Assembly (NCBI RefSeq): GCF_006345805.1
Contig: NC_043013.1
Location: 47,492,001 to 47,556,000, forward strand
Reading direction: 5' to 3'
Length of the DNA: 64,000 nucleotides
From: Octopus sinensis
Lineage: Eukaryota
In this document: positions 52,740 to 64,000 of the stretch, one piece after another
How positions within the stretch are numbered: position 1 is the stretch's first letter
Layout: each line of letters opens with the position of its first letter
Position numbers and translations under genes: made by a program
Notes under the pieces: generated by a model
What the model saw: only the letters and a program-made list of their open reading frames with translations
Databases searched by the model: none
Told to the model about the DNA's origin: nothing

Positions 52740-55443
52740 TGTTGGACAAAAGCCAACCACCACGGCCACTAAAAGTTACTATCACAAAAGCTGCACAAGC
52801 TAGTTGCTCTCCCTAGATTGTCATGTCTTTGCTAGTATTCTTTCTGTGTTTGTATGCTACATTCACTTACTATATAAGTAGTAGCGCTTTCCGCTTTTGA
52901 CTTGCATAATCTATATTAGGAATCTACTTGGTTTTTGTCTATTTTGGCTTTTATCCAATTAGTCCTTAATGCTTGATCTTATGCAGCTAGTAACAAACTT
53001 TCTGTCTCTCTCATCTTTCACTTCTGCAGCCATAACCATATCTCACTACTACTATTTGCTGAAACTGTCTTTTGGAATTCACTATGCAACGCCTTCTCCT
53101 GCCAGTCAGACACTTTCTGTTCTTTTTCCCGTTTTGAGATTCGTTTGGTGTTTTCATTTCCCTAAAGCTTGTGAAAACTTGTTAAAGATTTCGCAAACTT
53201 TCTTCGGTTACCTACATAACAGTCTATACCTACTGTAGCTAACTCCACACAATCTCCTACTTGCTTGTGAAAGATGAGAGAGACAGAAAGTTTGTTACTA
53301 GCTGCATAAGATCAAGCATTAAGGACTATACCTACAGTAGCTAACTCCACACAATCTCCCACTTTCTTTCTAGGTAGGTATAATCTTGCCACTCCTGCTC
53401 TTGGGTAGAGTCCACCATTCATATTAAATTCCTTCCTAGAGCTTCTGTCTAGTTTTGCTAATTCAGTTTTTGTCCATTCTAAAATAGCTCCAGAGTATCT
53501 AAGTAATAATACTGCCCAAGTATTTACAGCTTTCACTAGATTCGGACCATTTAGCTTTGACTTCATTAGCTTCCTCACCCTTCTGATATACACCTCAATT
53601 TTCGTTTTCACTTCTGTAGTTAGTACTCTGTTAGATTCTACTATGCCTAGATACTTATAACTCACTGCCCCTTTCAATGATTTTAATGTCTTGAGCTAAA
53701 TCTGGTCCTGGACTTTTCCAATTCGACATTTTCCTTAACACTTTACCCATTAATGCCCTAGTTAATTTTAGATCTGGCTGCTTCTCATTCACTACTTCTT
53801 CCCCCACTTTCTTTAACCATACTGCATCTTCATTATGATTGACTGATATATCCCACATATTACTCCAGATCTTTCTAGCTTCCTCTGCATGAGTGTGGGA
53901 TGAGCGTGGTCGTTTCTCATCTTCAGTACTTTCTTCTCCACTACTTATTTGGTTACAAAATCTCCTCTGGTCTGTCTCAAATAATCTATTCTGTTGATAC
54001 TGATCTGTTCTTTTCTGATATCTGGAGACCTTGCCTGCTACTGCTATAATTCATTGTTTCAACTTTTCTATTACTGTCCCAAATCCTTTCTCTTTGACTA
54101 GGTATCTTTTCTCCAGGGAAGATTTGCATCTTGTGTTTCCTAACTTGTTTAGTTTCCAGGATTCTATTCTACTCAGATCTTATCTTACAGTCTTCATTGT
54201 ATTTTGTTGTCCCCTTTTCCACTTTTGCTCCTTTTTAATCTTTCCCCGTGAGATATCTAATCTTCTGATGACTACTGCGCTTCCTGCATAGATCAAGAAG
54301 TTGATGTCTGCTATATTTTTAGTATCTACCCTCCTGATAACAGAATCTACCATTTCTTGTAGCATCCTTCTGTTGATGTCTTTTAATGCTGGCAATCTTT
54401 CTCTTACCTCTTTATTCATTACTTCCTGCATCTCATCTAAAGTATTCTGATTGCCTCTCTTAAATCACTTGAGTCTTTGGTGCCAATTGTCTCTTCTTTA
54501 TCGGTGGCACTATTATTATTTTTTTCTTTAGGTTCTTTGGTTTGAGATGTATCTCTTATGCTGTTATTTGTCTTTCTTTTCCAGTTCTCTCGTGATCTCT
54601 TCTACCTCCAATTCTGTCATCTACTTTCTTCTCCCAATAGCATTGGCTTGACCGATTAATCTCTGCCCAGTCACTTTAAACATACCCTTCTCTACTACCT
54701 TACTCTACCCAAAGAGTTAACATCCGTTTTCTATCACCCCTTCTTTTAGGTTCACTTTCTAAGTAGCACTGTATCACTGTCCTCTTTTCTTCACTGGTTC
54801 CCTTCCTCCTCTTTGTTCTATTATCTGCTGATGCTGATTTAGGATAGCAGCTGCGATCATTCTGCATCGTTACTGATCCACTGCCGCGCGAGGGGGGGCC
54901 TTCATTTTCGCTGTAACAACCAGAGATTTTCGGAATTCCTGTCTCATAAACTGAGGTAAGCTAACGTTCGTCAACCCTTTTCATTACCACTATTATTTAT
55001 CGACATCTGAAAGTTTCAAGCAGCTTTCTATTGCATCATTTGTTGTACCATTCTATGGTGAGGTGGTGTGTGCTGCACTTTTTTGGCGTGCGTGCGGATA
55101 TTGTATTGCATCAATGCGTTTTGTTATGGAGTTTTCTTTGAGTCTTCAGTTGTATTAGTTTTTATCTTGTGTATTGTCCTCCCTCTACTCATTCAATCGG
55201 ACATTATTCCTCCATTCCTTGTTTGTGCAGCGCAGGTTGTGTTCTGTCAGGTATCGGCTTTTTATGGCACATGTTGTGGGTATTGTTCATTTTGTTGGGT
55301 ATTTACAGTAGGAGTTTATTCAGGTATGATTTTGGAGGGGTGTTGCATAGTAATGTGTTTGTTTAACTCCCAAATCATCTATTTTATAGTATTTATGATT
55401 ATCCGTCCGCCGTCATTTTGCTTGGTTTTGTTATGGGTTCCGT
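52740..55443 (-). mobile_element. R4/Dong element, copy 2 (RT core deleted; thumb and zinc-knuckle regions retained)
   Basis: WKSPGPD, YKYLGI, NGPNLVKAVNTWAV.LLRYS, ELAKLDR, ETESLLLAA*DQAL, RHD; 5' region similar to 4700-5716. Confidence 0.9.
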
Positions 55444-55469
55444 AATTATTATTATTATCACTTTCATTA

Positions 55470-55860
55470 TCATCTGCTTTCAATGGTTTTCTTTTCTTGC
55501 CATGTACTTTCCTGACATCCAGGGCAGAGACACGCAGTGTATACATTTGTAGGCCATTAAAATAATTACACCAGATTGTTCATTTATAAAGTCATGTGAT
55601 AGAAAAAAGAGGAAGTAAGACAGAGGAAAAGAAAAAGTATATAAAGTAAACAAAGAAAAGAAAGGGAAGAAAGGAAAGAGAATTCACTGTGACAAGGATC
55701 TTCTCAATATGTATGACATTCCGGTTAAGACAATCTTTTGCACTTCCTGCATGGATGGTAATCCAGGGATCATTCTTGAGTAATTTTCAGTTCCTTTTTT
55801 GATCATCCCAAGTGCTCCTACAACCACTGGTATTGTAACCGTTTTGAGATGCTACAACTA
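55470..55860 (-). mobile_element. R4/Dong 3' end, family B
   Basis: HLKTVTIPVVVGALGMIKKGTENYSRMIPGLPSMQEVQKIVLTG; similar to 6280-6672. Confidence 0.85.
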
Positions 55861-55868
55861 TTATTGTT

Positions 55869-56422
55869 GAGTGAGAGAGCAGTGCATGCCATCAAAGTGA
55901 CGAAGGGGTATAACATACGAAGTCCAGTATAACCATCATGACTACCCATCTGATAAGGGTATACCAAGCGCATGCATCACAACCATATATGCGCAACATA
56001 GTGATCTCATATCACGATAAACAGCACGTGATCTTGCAGGTGAAGCCCAGTTAGACTTTCTTTCAGGTTGAGAGCCCATCCCGCTCAAAAGGTCACTGAG
56101 TAAGCGCTGTTTAAGGATGTTGAACGAAACACCCATGTTTTCCAGAAATGAATTATTCAAACTTCAAAGAAGTCCTCTCAACACATGGCTATGATATTCT
56201 CCCACTATTTCTGCTCATCTACAAAGATGCACATGTAGTCAGCCAGCAAGGGACATGTTCAAATGGTTATGGTCAAACAATTGACATGCACATCTGTGGT
56301 ATTGAGCAGAATATTTGCTGTAGCCCATCTTTTATTCAATGGCAAAACATGTACATGATAACACTTCCAATCAGTTAAGATCAGAAGCCATGAGAGCCAG
56401 TGTCTGGTACTGCATCAGGGCA
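55869..56422 (-). mobile_element. ~555-bp (TAA)n-embedded element, copy 3 (more diverged)
   Basis: Same termini as copy 2. Confidence 0.85.
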
Positions 56423-56433
56423 GATTATTATTA

Positions 56434-56471
<38 letters not shown>

Positions 56472-56919
56472 GAGTGAGAGAGCAGTGCATGCCATCAAAG
56501 TGACACTGGGGTAAAATATACGAAGCCCAATATACCCATCATGACTACCCGTCTGATAAGGGTACACCAGGCACATGCATCACAACCATATGTGCGCGAC
56601 ATGGTGATCTCATATCAAGATAAACAGCACATGACCTTGCGGATGGGGCCCATTTAGAATTTTCTTCAGGTTGAGTAGCCCATCCTGCTCAAAAGGTCCC
56701 TGAATAAGGGTTGTTTAAGGATGTTGAAAGAACCACCCATGTTTCCAGAGGTGAATTATTCAAACGCCAAAGAATCCCTCTCAACACATGGCTATGATGC
56801 TCCCCCACTACTTCTGCTCGTGATCAGAGATGCACACATCGTCAGCCACTAAGGGACATGCCCAACTGGTTAAGGTCAAACAACTGACAAGCAAATCTGT
56901 GGTATTGAGCAGAATATTT
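56472..56919 (-). mobile_element. ~555-bp element, copy 4 (truncated at the high-coordinate end)
   Basis: Low-coordinate end conserved; about 110 nt missing at the other end. Confidence 0.85.
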
Positions 56920-56943
56920 TCTGCATTACTATCATTATTATTA

Positions 56944-57017
<74 letters not shown>

Positions 57018-57339
57018 TCTTAAATGCGTTCAGGTTGGTCGACGATTTGATAGCACTCCCTAAACTATCGGAGCATGCTTCGCATCAATACCAGACTGAT
57101 CCTATCCGGAAAATATGACGACGCTTAAGAGATATATATAAAGAAATGATCGTTCAATCTAAAGTATTTTGAATTTGATACATAAAAATAAGAAATGACT
57201 CAGATACAAATGCTGTGGCGACGGTGATCAACTGTCATTTGTGTACAGACAAACTCGCGTTTCCTATGATAAACAACTAAAAGATTGCTGTAGATTGTGT
57301 ACGGATTTCCTAGAATTGATAAATTGTGAAGATTTGAAA

Positions 57340-58399
57340 ACAATAAAGCAAAAACATTAATCTCAACACTAATATGATGCTAAATCGAGAAACTGAAATA
57401 AGAGAAATACAAGAAATGCAGACATGTTCAGAAAGAGTACTAATCCCAAATCAAATAATAAGTAGGAAAATATATTACAAGCGCATTAGATTAACACTTA
57501 AAAGAGGACAGGATGCAAAGAAAAATAAGGCAATGTGCACCACTAATAATGTGTATAGCTGTAATATTCTCTCCTGGAGGCTGACTGAATTAACAAGTCT
57601 AGACAGAAAAAGAAGGAAAATAATTGCTGTATTTAGAAAACAGCGCGAAGAATGTGACAGAATGATGACATGTACTAGAAACTGAAGGAGGTAAGGACCT
57701 TACGCAACCCGAAGCGTATTATGAAATATCATCTGTTGGACTACAATAATATTTAGTCAAAAAATTACGGAAAACTTACAAATAGCTACAAACGATTAAA
57801 ATGAAAAATAGTTTTCTATCTTCAAGGAAGCAATAAATAAAATGGAGGTTCATGTGATAAACAGAAGTGAGGAGAAAGAAAAAGCAGCAAGAGATATAAA
57901 GAGATATAAAGTAAACTCTTATAAAACTGTGTTAAAATGGGGTTGTATAGACAGCACCTAATGAAAATAAACAGGGTAGAAACAGACCAAGAAAATTAAG
58001 CTGTGACTGACAAGCACCGAACTTCAAGGGTTTCTTCAGTGAAAGAAAGTAGAAGCGAGATACATTAAGTAACTTCAGAATATGTGCAAACTGGAAAGAA
58101 ATCGTTTACAAAATTTTATATGGTTGCCAAGGAATGGGTGCTTATATAATGGTTTCAAATTTTGGCACAAGGCCAACAACATTGACCCCAGTGCTCTCTG
58201 ACTCTTTTACTCTTTTACTTGTTTCAGTCATCTGACCGCGGCCATGCTGGAGCACCGCTTTTTAGTCGAGTAAATCGACCCCAGGACTTATTCTATCGGT
58301 CTCTTTTGCTGAACCGCTAAGTTACAGGGACATAAACACACCACCGTTGGTTGTCAAGCAATGGTGAGGGGGCAAACACAGACACACAAACACATACAC

Positions 58400-58434
<35 letters not shown>

Positions 58435-59269
58435 CATACATACGACGGGCTTCTTTCAGTTTCCGTCTACCAAATCCACTCACAAGGCTTTCGTCGGCCC
58501 GAGGCTATAGCAGAAGACACTTGCCCTAGGTGCCACGCAGTGGAACTGAACCCGGAACCATGTGGTTAGTAAGCAAGCTACTGACCACACAGCCACTCCT
58601 GCTGGTACTTATTTTATCTACCCAGAAAGGATGAAAGGCATACACGACTTTGGCGGAATTTGAACTCAGAACGTAAAGCTGGGCAAAATGCCGCAAATCA
58701 TTTTGCCCGGCGTACAAATGATTCTGCCACCTCACCACCTTCGGGTGTTTATATATTGGCATTTATACAAGAGAGAAAAAGGAGTCGCATAATCATATAT
58801 TAGATGACCCAGAAATGATGATGAGATATCCCATAAGATATGACATTCTACGAGGACAAAAAGATAAGACAAACCAGGGAGATAGTGTTGTGAAGGACCA
58901 CTAGCAAAGTTCTTTCTAATATAAATTTCGTTTGCGACAGACGATAGTGAATTTGTAAAAGAAAAGGAGGGAATGTCCAGAAATAAAGATCTGGCCACAG
59001 AGATAATCTGAATGCAGAGTTTGAAAAAATCCTTATAATAATAGGTCTTTTAGGAATGATTTTATAAGCATGAAAACGCTAAGACAACAAATGTGGAAAT
59101 TACTCAAGAAATAGTACTAGTTGGCATCTCACACATTGTTTTAATAGAGAAAATGTAATAGTAAATACAAAAAACAAAATCGAAAATACAACTCTGCCCA
59201 TGCCCAAGGTCGATGAAGCTGCGCTCTGTAGTATGGTGAAAGCGTACAATAAAAATAAGACTATTGAAA

Positions 59270-59270
<1 letters not shown>
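57340..59270 (+). mobile_element. Old R4/Dong relic (thumb to endonuclease) ending in (AAT)n, interrupted by nested SINEs
   Basis: YSCNILSW..ELTSLDRK.RK; DLATEII..IIIGLLGMI; QEIVLVGISHI; (AAT)n from ~59270. Confidence 0.7.
58200..58602 (-). mobile_element. CORE-like SINE nested in a GAGCTGGCAG-family SINE
   Basis: Host SINE pieces at ~58143-58195 and ~58603-58740. Confidence 0.85.
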
Positions 59271-59590
<320 letters not shown>

Positions 59591-60108
59591 TGTTAATGGT
59601 AACGACAAGGTAAGAAAGAAAGAAGAATTTAAAGGAGGGAGAGAAAAGAGAAAGAAGAGGAAAGAACTGTGTATATAGAACATATTTCTCTCCCTGATTA
59701 CGCTTCATTTACTTGCAACATGATCGTCTCTTTAATGTTTGCCCGATCACATTAATACTTGCCGTCTCACATTGAGATAGATGAAAAATAACACCTGAAG
59801 CCATCTTTGGGTCACGCCCTGCCAATCAAGTACATCAAATCTTAATGAAAATGCAGTTTGTGCTCGAGGCCAAGACATAGGTGAGCCGAGATGTTCAATT
59901 TGGCAAAGAATAATGATGAACAGACTTTATTTAAGACTCTCCTTCTGTTTTCTTTGCTTCCTCATCCTACGTTAACCTTTCCTCCCGCCTACGCTGATCC
60001 GTCGTTTTTCTTCCTCCGACCATCATGCACAATACACTCCTGTTCTCTTTCCTCTTTCTCCTTCTCTCTCTCTCTCTCTCTGTCTGTCTCTCTCTCTCTC
60101 ATTCTTTC

Positions 60109-60139
<31 letters not shown>

Positions 60140-60583
60140 ATCTGCAACTATCTTTCTCTTTTACACACAAATACACACAGACAGACAGATACACAAACAC
60201 ACACATATAATACTCATAATACTCGCATATTTACAAGCTCATAATGATAAGCATAGAAATCTGCTCCCTGTATTAATTCATATGCAACATTCTCACTCTC
60301 TCATTCTTATTGACCTGCCATGTATTTCATTATGATTAACGGATTCTAATTTACATAATTTAATTTTTATTTCAGTTTCTCTATTTTTGTTTCTAATCAG
60401 ATGACACTCACACTTTCCAGTATCCAATTCTTCATTCTTATTTGCTTACATTCTTTCTTACTTTCTTTCTTTGCTTGAATTCTTTCCTCCTTTCCTTCTT
60501 TCTTTCTTTCTCTGCTCCTTCACTCCGTTGCTTTGTTCTGATCCATCCCTAGCATCTCTCCTTCCTTCCAACCAATTTCTCAT

Positions 60584-60618
<35 letters not shown>

Positions 60619-61151
60619 CTCTTCGTTGTCCCTCCTCTTCACTTCTTCTTCCTTGATTTTACACAGTCACGCCAGATATCCCATACCCCACATTTATGGT
60701 GATCTCTCCTATGCTGTATACAGATATACAGCATTCATTGTTACATTAATTGCATTAACAAATTTCTTCTCAATATTCATTAGGAAAAGTTCATCTGAGA
60801 AAGAATCATCAAAAGAAAGAATTCATCTTCTTTTCATGTGATTCGTTGCTACAGCATACACATAATTATATACACATATGTGTGTGTGTGTCCATCTCTA
60901 TGTGTGTGTCTCTGTGTGTGCGTATACATACAAACGTACATACACACATACATAAATACAGGAACACATACACATACACCTGTATAGCGCATTCTGCACA
61001 ATATTGTGCATGAGACTGTTTATATATATATACAGTAATAGGTGTCAGCTTGCATACACATATGCATATACATATGTTTCTTTAGCCATATGTATGTATA
61101 TATGTATGTATATACACACACACATATATATATACATACATATAAATACAA

Positions 61152-61216
<65 letters not shown>

Positions 61217-61571
61217 AGTATACATAGACATATATGTATATGTATACACAAATATATCTATGCATATGAATATAAGTGTTGTGTATATCTACATGTATCA
61301 TATACAAAAAATAAATTATATTCTCTATGTTTAAAATCAAGTACAAACACATATGCATATAAATCTAATTACCGTAGAGCTATATGCACGTGTGTAAAGA
61401 TACATATACATATATATATAGATACGTATATATATATATAAATATACATACATATATTTATATATACATATATATATATACATATATATATATACACATA
61501 TATATATATATATACATAAATATATATACACACATATATATATATATACATACATATATATATTCATACAT

Positions 61572-61613
<42 letters not shown>

Positions 61614-61805
61614 TTCGTTTTTGTATTTGGCTTGCAAGATACTTTATTTGAATTCGTCTGTTGAAGCATATTGTGTCTGGGGAGAGTCATTCTGTTTTAA
61701 TGCCTTCTTAATTAACACACGCACCGGTTCGATTTCCATTCATTTACTTATTTATTATTTCTAAAATGTTCGTTGCTTCTTGCAACCTCTTCAATATTCG
61801 TGAGC
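61614..61805 (-). mobile_element. Third (TA)n-adjacent repeat family, copy 2, with degenerate hammerhead-like motif
   Basis: See 44700-44882; minus strand 61761-61798 reads UUGAAGA-G-GUUGC(AAGAA)GCAAC-GAAC-AUUUUAG. Confidence 0.55.
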
Positions 61806-61821
61806 ATGTGTATGCACATAT

Positions 61822-62085
61822 GTTAGTTAATTTGGCTCAAAAGCAAGCAGCAAGGCTATGTAGGGGGACATGGAGTTAAGTACAGGGTGGTGTTCATGTA
61901 AAGAGTTCAGGCCACTTGAGGTCAAGGGAGGCTTTGAACAAAGCGGTCGTCGGCATCTTCACCATCTCGTCTGGCAGCTTGTTCCACGGATCCGCAACCC
62001 GGACGGAGAAAGCTCCTCTCCTTCGATTGAGATGAAATCGTCGCAGGTAGAGCTTTTCGGAATGACCCCACAGCCGACGCTCTGT
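61822..62085 (-). mobile_element. CR1/L2-group LINE 3' end
   Basis: GHSEKL...R..L..RRGAFSVRVADPWNKLPDEMV......FKASLD is the typical CR1 ORF2 C-terminus. Confidence 0.85.
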
Positions 62086-62234
62086 ATGCATGCATCTGTG
62101 TGTGTATGCATGCATACATATATATATAAGTACCAGTTACGCACTGGATTCGATGTAATCGACTAGCCCCCTTCCCGCCAAAATTTTCAAGGCCATGTGA
62201 GTAGAGTAGAAAGAATAATCATTATCATTGGGCA

Positions 62235-62430
62235 GTGAGCTGCCAAAATCGTTAACACATCGGGTAAAATGCTTGGCCCTATTTCGTCCGTTCTGAGTGC
62301 GTTTCCGCTGACGTCGACTTTGACTTTCATCATTTCAGAGTCGATAAATTAAGTACCAGTGAAACACTGGGGTCGATGTAATTGACTGGTCTTCCCCCAC
62401 CAAATTTCAGGCATTGTGTCTTTAGTAGAA
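62235..62430 (+). mobile_element. GAGCTGGCAG-family SINE, tail A
   Basis: Family motifs; ends in (ATT)n. A further partial copy lies at ~62128-62210. Confidence 0.75.
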
Positions 62431-62545
62431 AGGATTATTATTATTTTTATTATTAGTATAAAAGTGGCGAGTTAGAAGAATCGTTAGCACGGTACTAAAG
62501 TTTAATAATTTGCATGTCAGTAGCAGAGAGTTTCTTCTTGAAGTA

Positions 62546-63401
62546 CGAAATGATATCAAAAAGTTCCCAGACTAATTATGTTTAATAAAAAATAACTTAT
62601 TTGCCTAAGTTTAATATTATCTCCTTTGAAACAGTCACCTTGCGCAGCAATACACCAGTCCCACAGTTCCTGCCACTTTTGAAATCTGGCCTGGAAGTCG
62701 TTTTCTGTAAGCAAGTCGAGGACTTTCAGCAATTCATTCTGGATCGCGACAACGGTGTTAAATGGCGAGCTTTGAGCTGCATTTTCATCTTGAGGAAGAG
62801 ACGGAACCGCAGGTGCTAAATCTGGTGAATAGGGTGGGTGCCGAAACGAGAAACTCATGAGTGAGGTGAGCTCGATGACAGGGTGCATTGTCGTCGTGAA
62901 GAATCCAGACGTTAGAATTGCAAGTTCGAACCCATACGACAGATCAACAGCATCAGTCGTTGATTGTCTTCCGCGATCCTCATGTACAAGATGATGAATT
63001 TACTCTACATTTCCGAGTATGACGTTCGTGGATGGTCTTCCAGATCGCTCATCGTCTTCCAGGATGTTCTTCGACTTTTGAAGCGCCCGAGCCATTTCCT
63101 CGTCACCGTAATCTTGCCAAAGAATGCTCAATACATCTGCAGCAGACTTCCCTAGTTTAATGCAAAAGTTAACGTAGGTTATTTGTTTTAACTTCCTGTT
63201 CATTACAAAAATCATCCCAGACTACAACATACACATGGACAAAAAAACACAAATTTCACGACTTGCAAAATAAACACAGTGATGTCACTCCACACACTGC
63301 CTTATGAAGCTGATTGCTATCACTTATTGCCCATGTAACCATATACTGCCATCTGTTGGCATGCTACAGAAATAGTCCGAGAACGTTTTGATACCATCTC
63401 G
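62546..63401 (-). mobile_element. Internally deleted mariner (856 bp)
   Basis: Imperfect ~28-bp TIRs with TA flanks (62544-45; 63402-03); FCIKLGKSA, EDDERSGRP, HPPYSPDLAP. Confidence 0.9.
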
Positions 63402-64000
63402 TATGTAGACGAGATTACCTATGTCACCTTGTCGTCAAGTATATTTTGAGGGAGTTAGTGCAATATATTGAGACACTATGTGATGCAGTGACTAATGAAA
63501 TGTTCCATTTAGGAACCAATTATCAAGTACATTGTAGGATTTGTGAAAATTTATTTCAGCCAATCATGCACGCGAAAGTTGTTGCTTCTACTGTGGCATT
63601 TAATCAGTGCACCCGGGACAGAAAATTTTTTTTTTATTTATACATGGGCCAACAAAGTCATGAAAATATTGAGTATACGAATGTTGACACATGTGCTATT
63701 GGCATGCCTGTTTTACTGTTGCTTTGGTGCAGACTTTAAATGTGTGAAGTTGAAACCAATATATTTTGAGAATTTTGGCGCGGGCGATATACGTTGTTCA
63801 CAGACAACGTAGCACATTTTCCGTATTATTATGGGTATTCGTCAGTTTCACTTCTCTGAGATCAGTTTTACATTACATTGTTGAGGAGGCGGTAAAACAA
63901 GCTACGAAGCCGTTGGACGTGTAAACAGAATCGTCAGAGCGTCAGGTTGGATGATTTGTGTCACTTTGATCTGGCTCTGGGCGTTATGAGTTTTTGAATG

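Overview
Repeat-saturated, AT-rich animal genomic DNA. The SINE repertoire and extreme microsatellite density point to an octopus (coleoid cephalopod) genome; this is inference, not a database result. I recognise no intact host gene. Nearly all ORFs in the supplied track are microsatellite read-throughs or transposon relics. Contents: (i) R4/Dong-clade non-LTR retrotransposon pieces from several families, stacked in (TAA)n tracts; (ii) four copies of a ~555-bp non-coding element found only in (TAA)n; (iii) a full-length mellifera-type mariner with perfect 30-bp TIRs and only two nonsense codons, plus two decayed mariners; (iv) two Merlin-like MITEs with perfect 8-bp TSDs and internal TTAGGG repeats; (v) tRNA-derived SINEs with shuffled heads and tails; (vi) Gypsy, Helitron, RTE and CR1 relics; (vii) three unrelated short (TA)n-embedded elements, each with a minimal type I hammerhead-ribozyme-like motif of the kind known from Penelope-like elements, two sharing a non-canonical CCGACGA core. 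The best leads are the hammerhead-bearing (TA)n elements and the 555-bp (TAA)n passenger element. A weak candidate exon pair lies at 24.3-24.8 kb. All alignments and translations were done by eye, and boundaries without TSDs are approximate.
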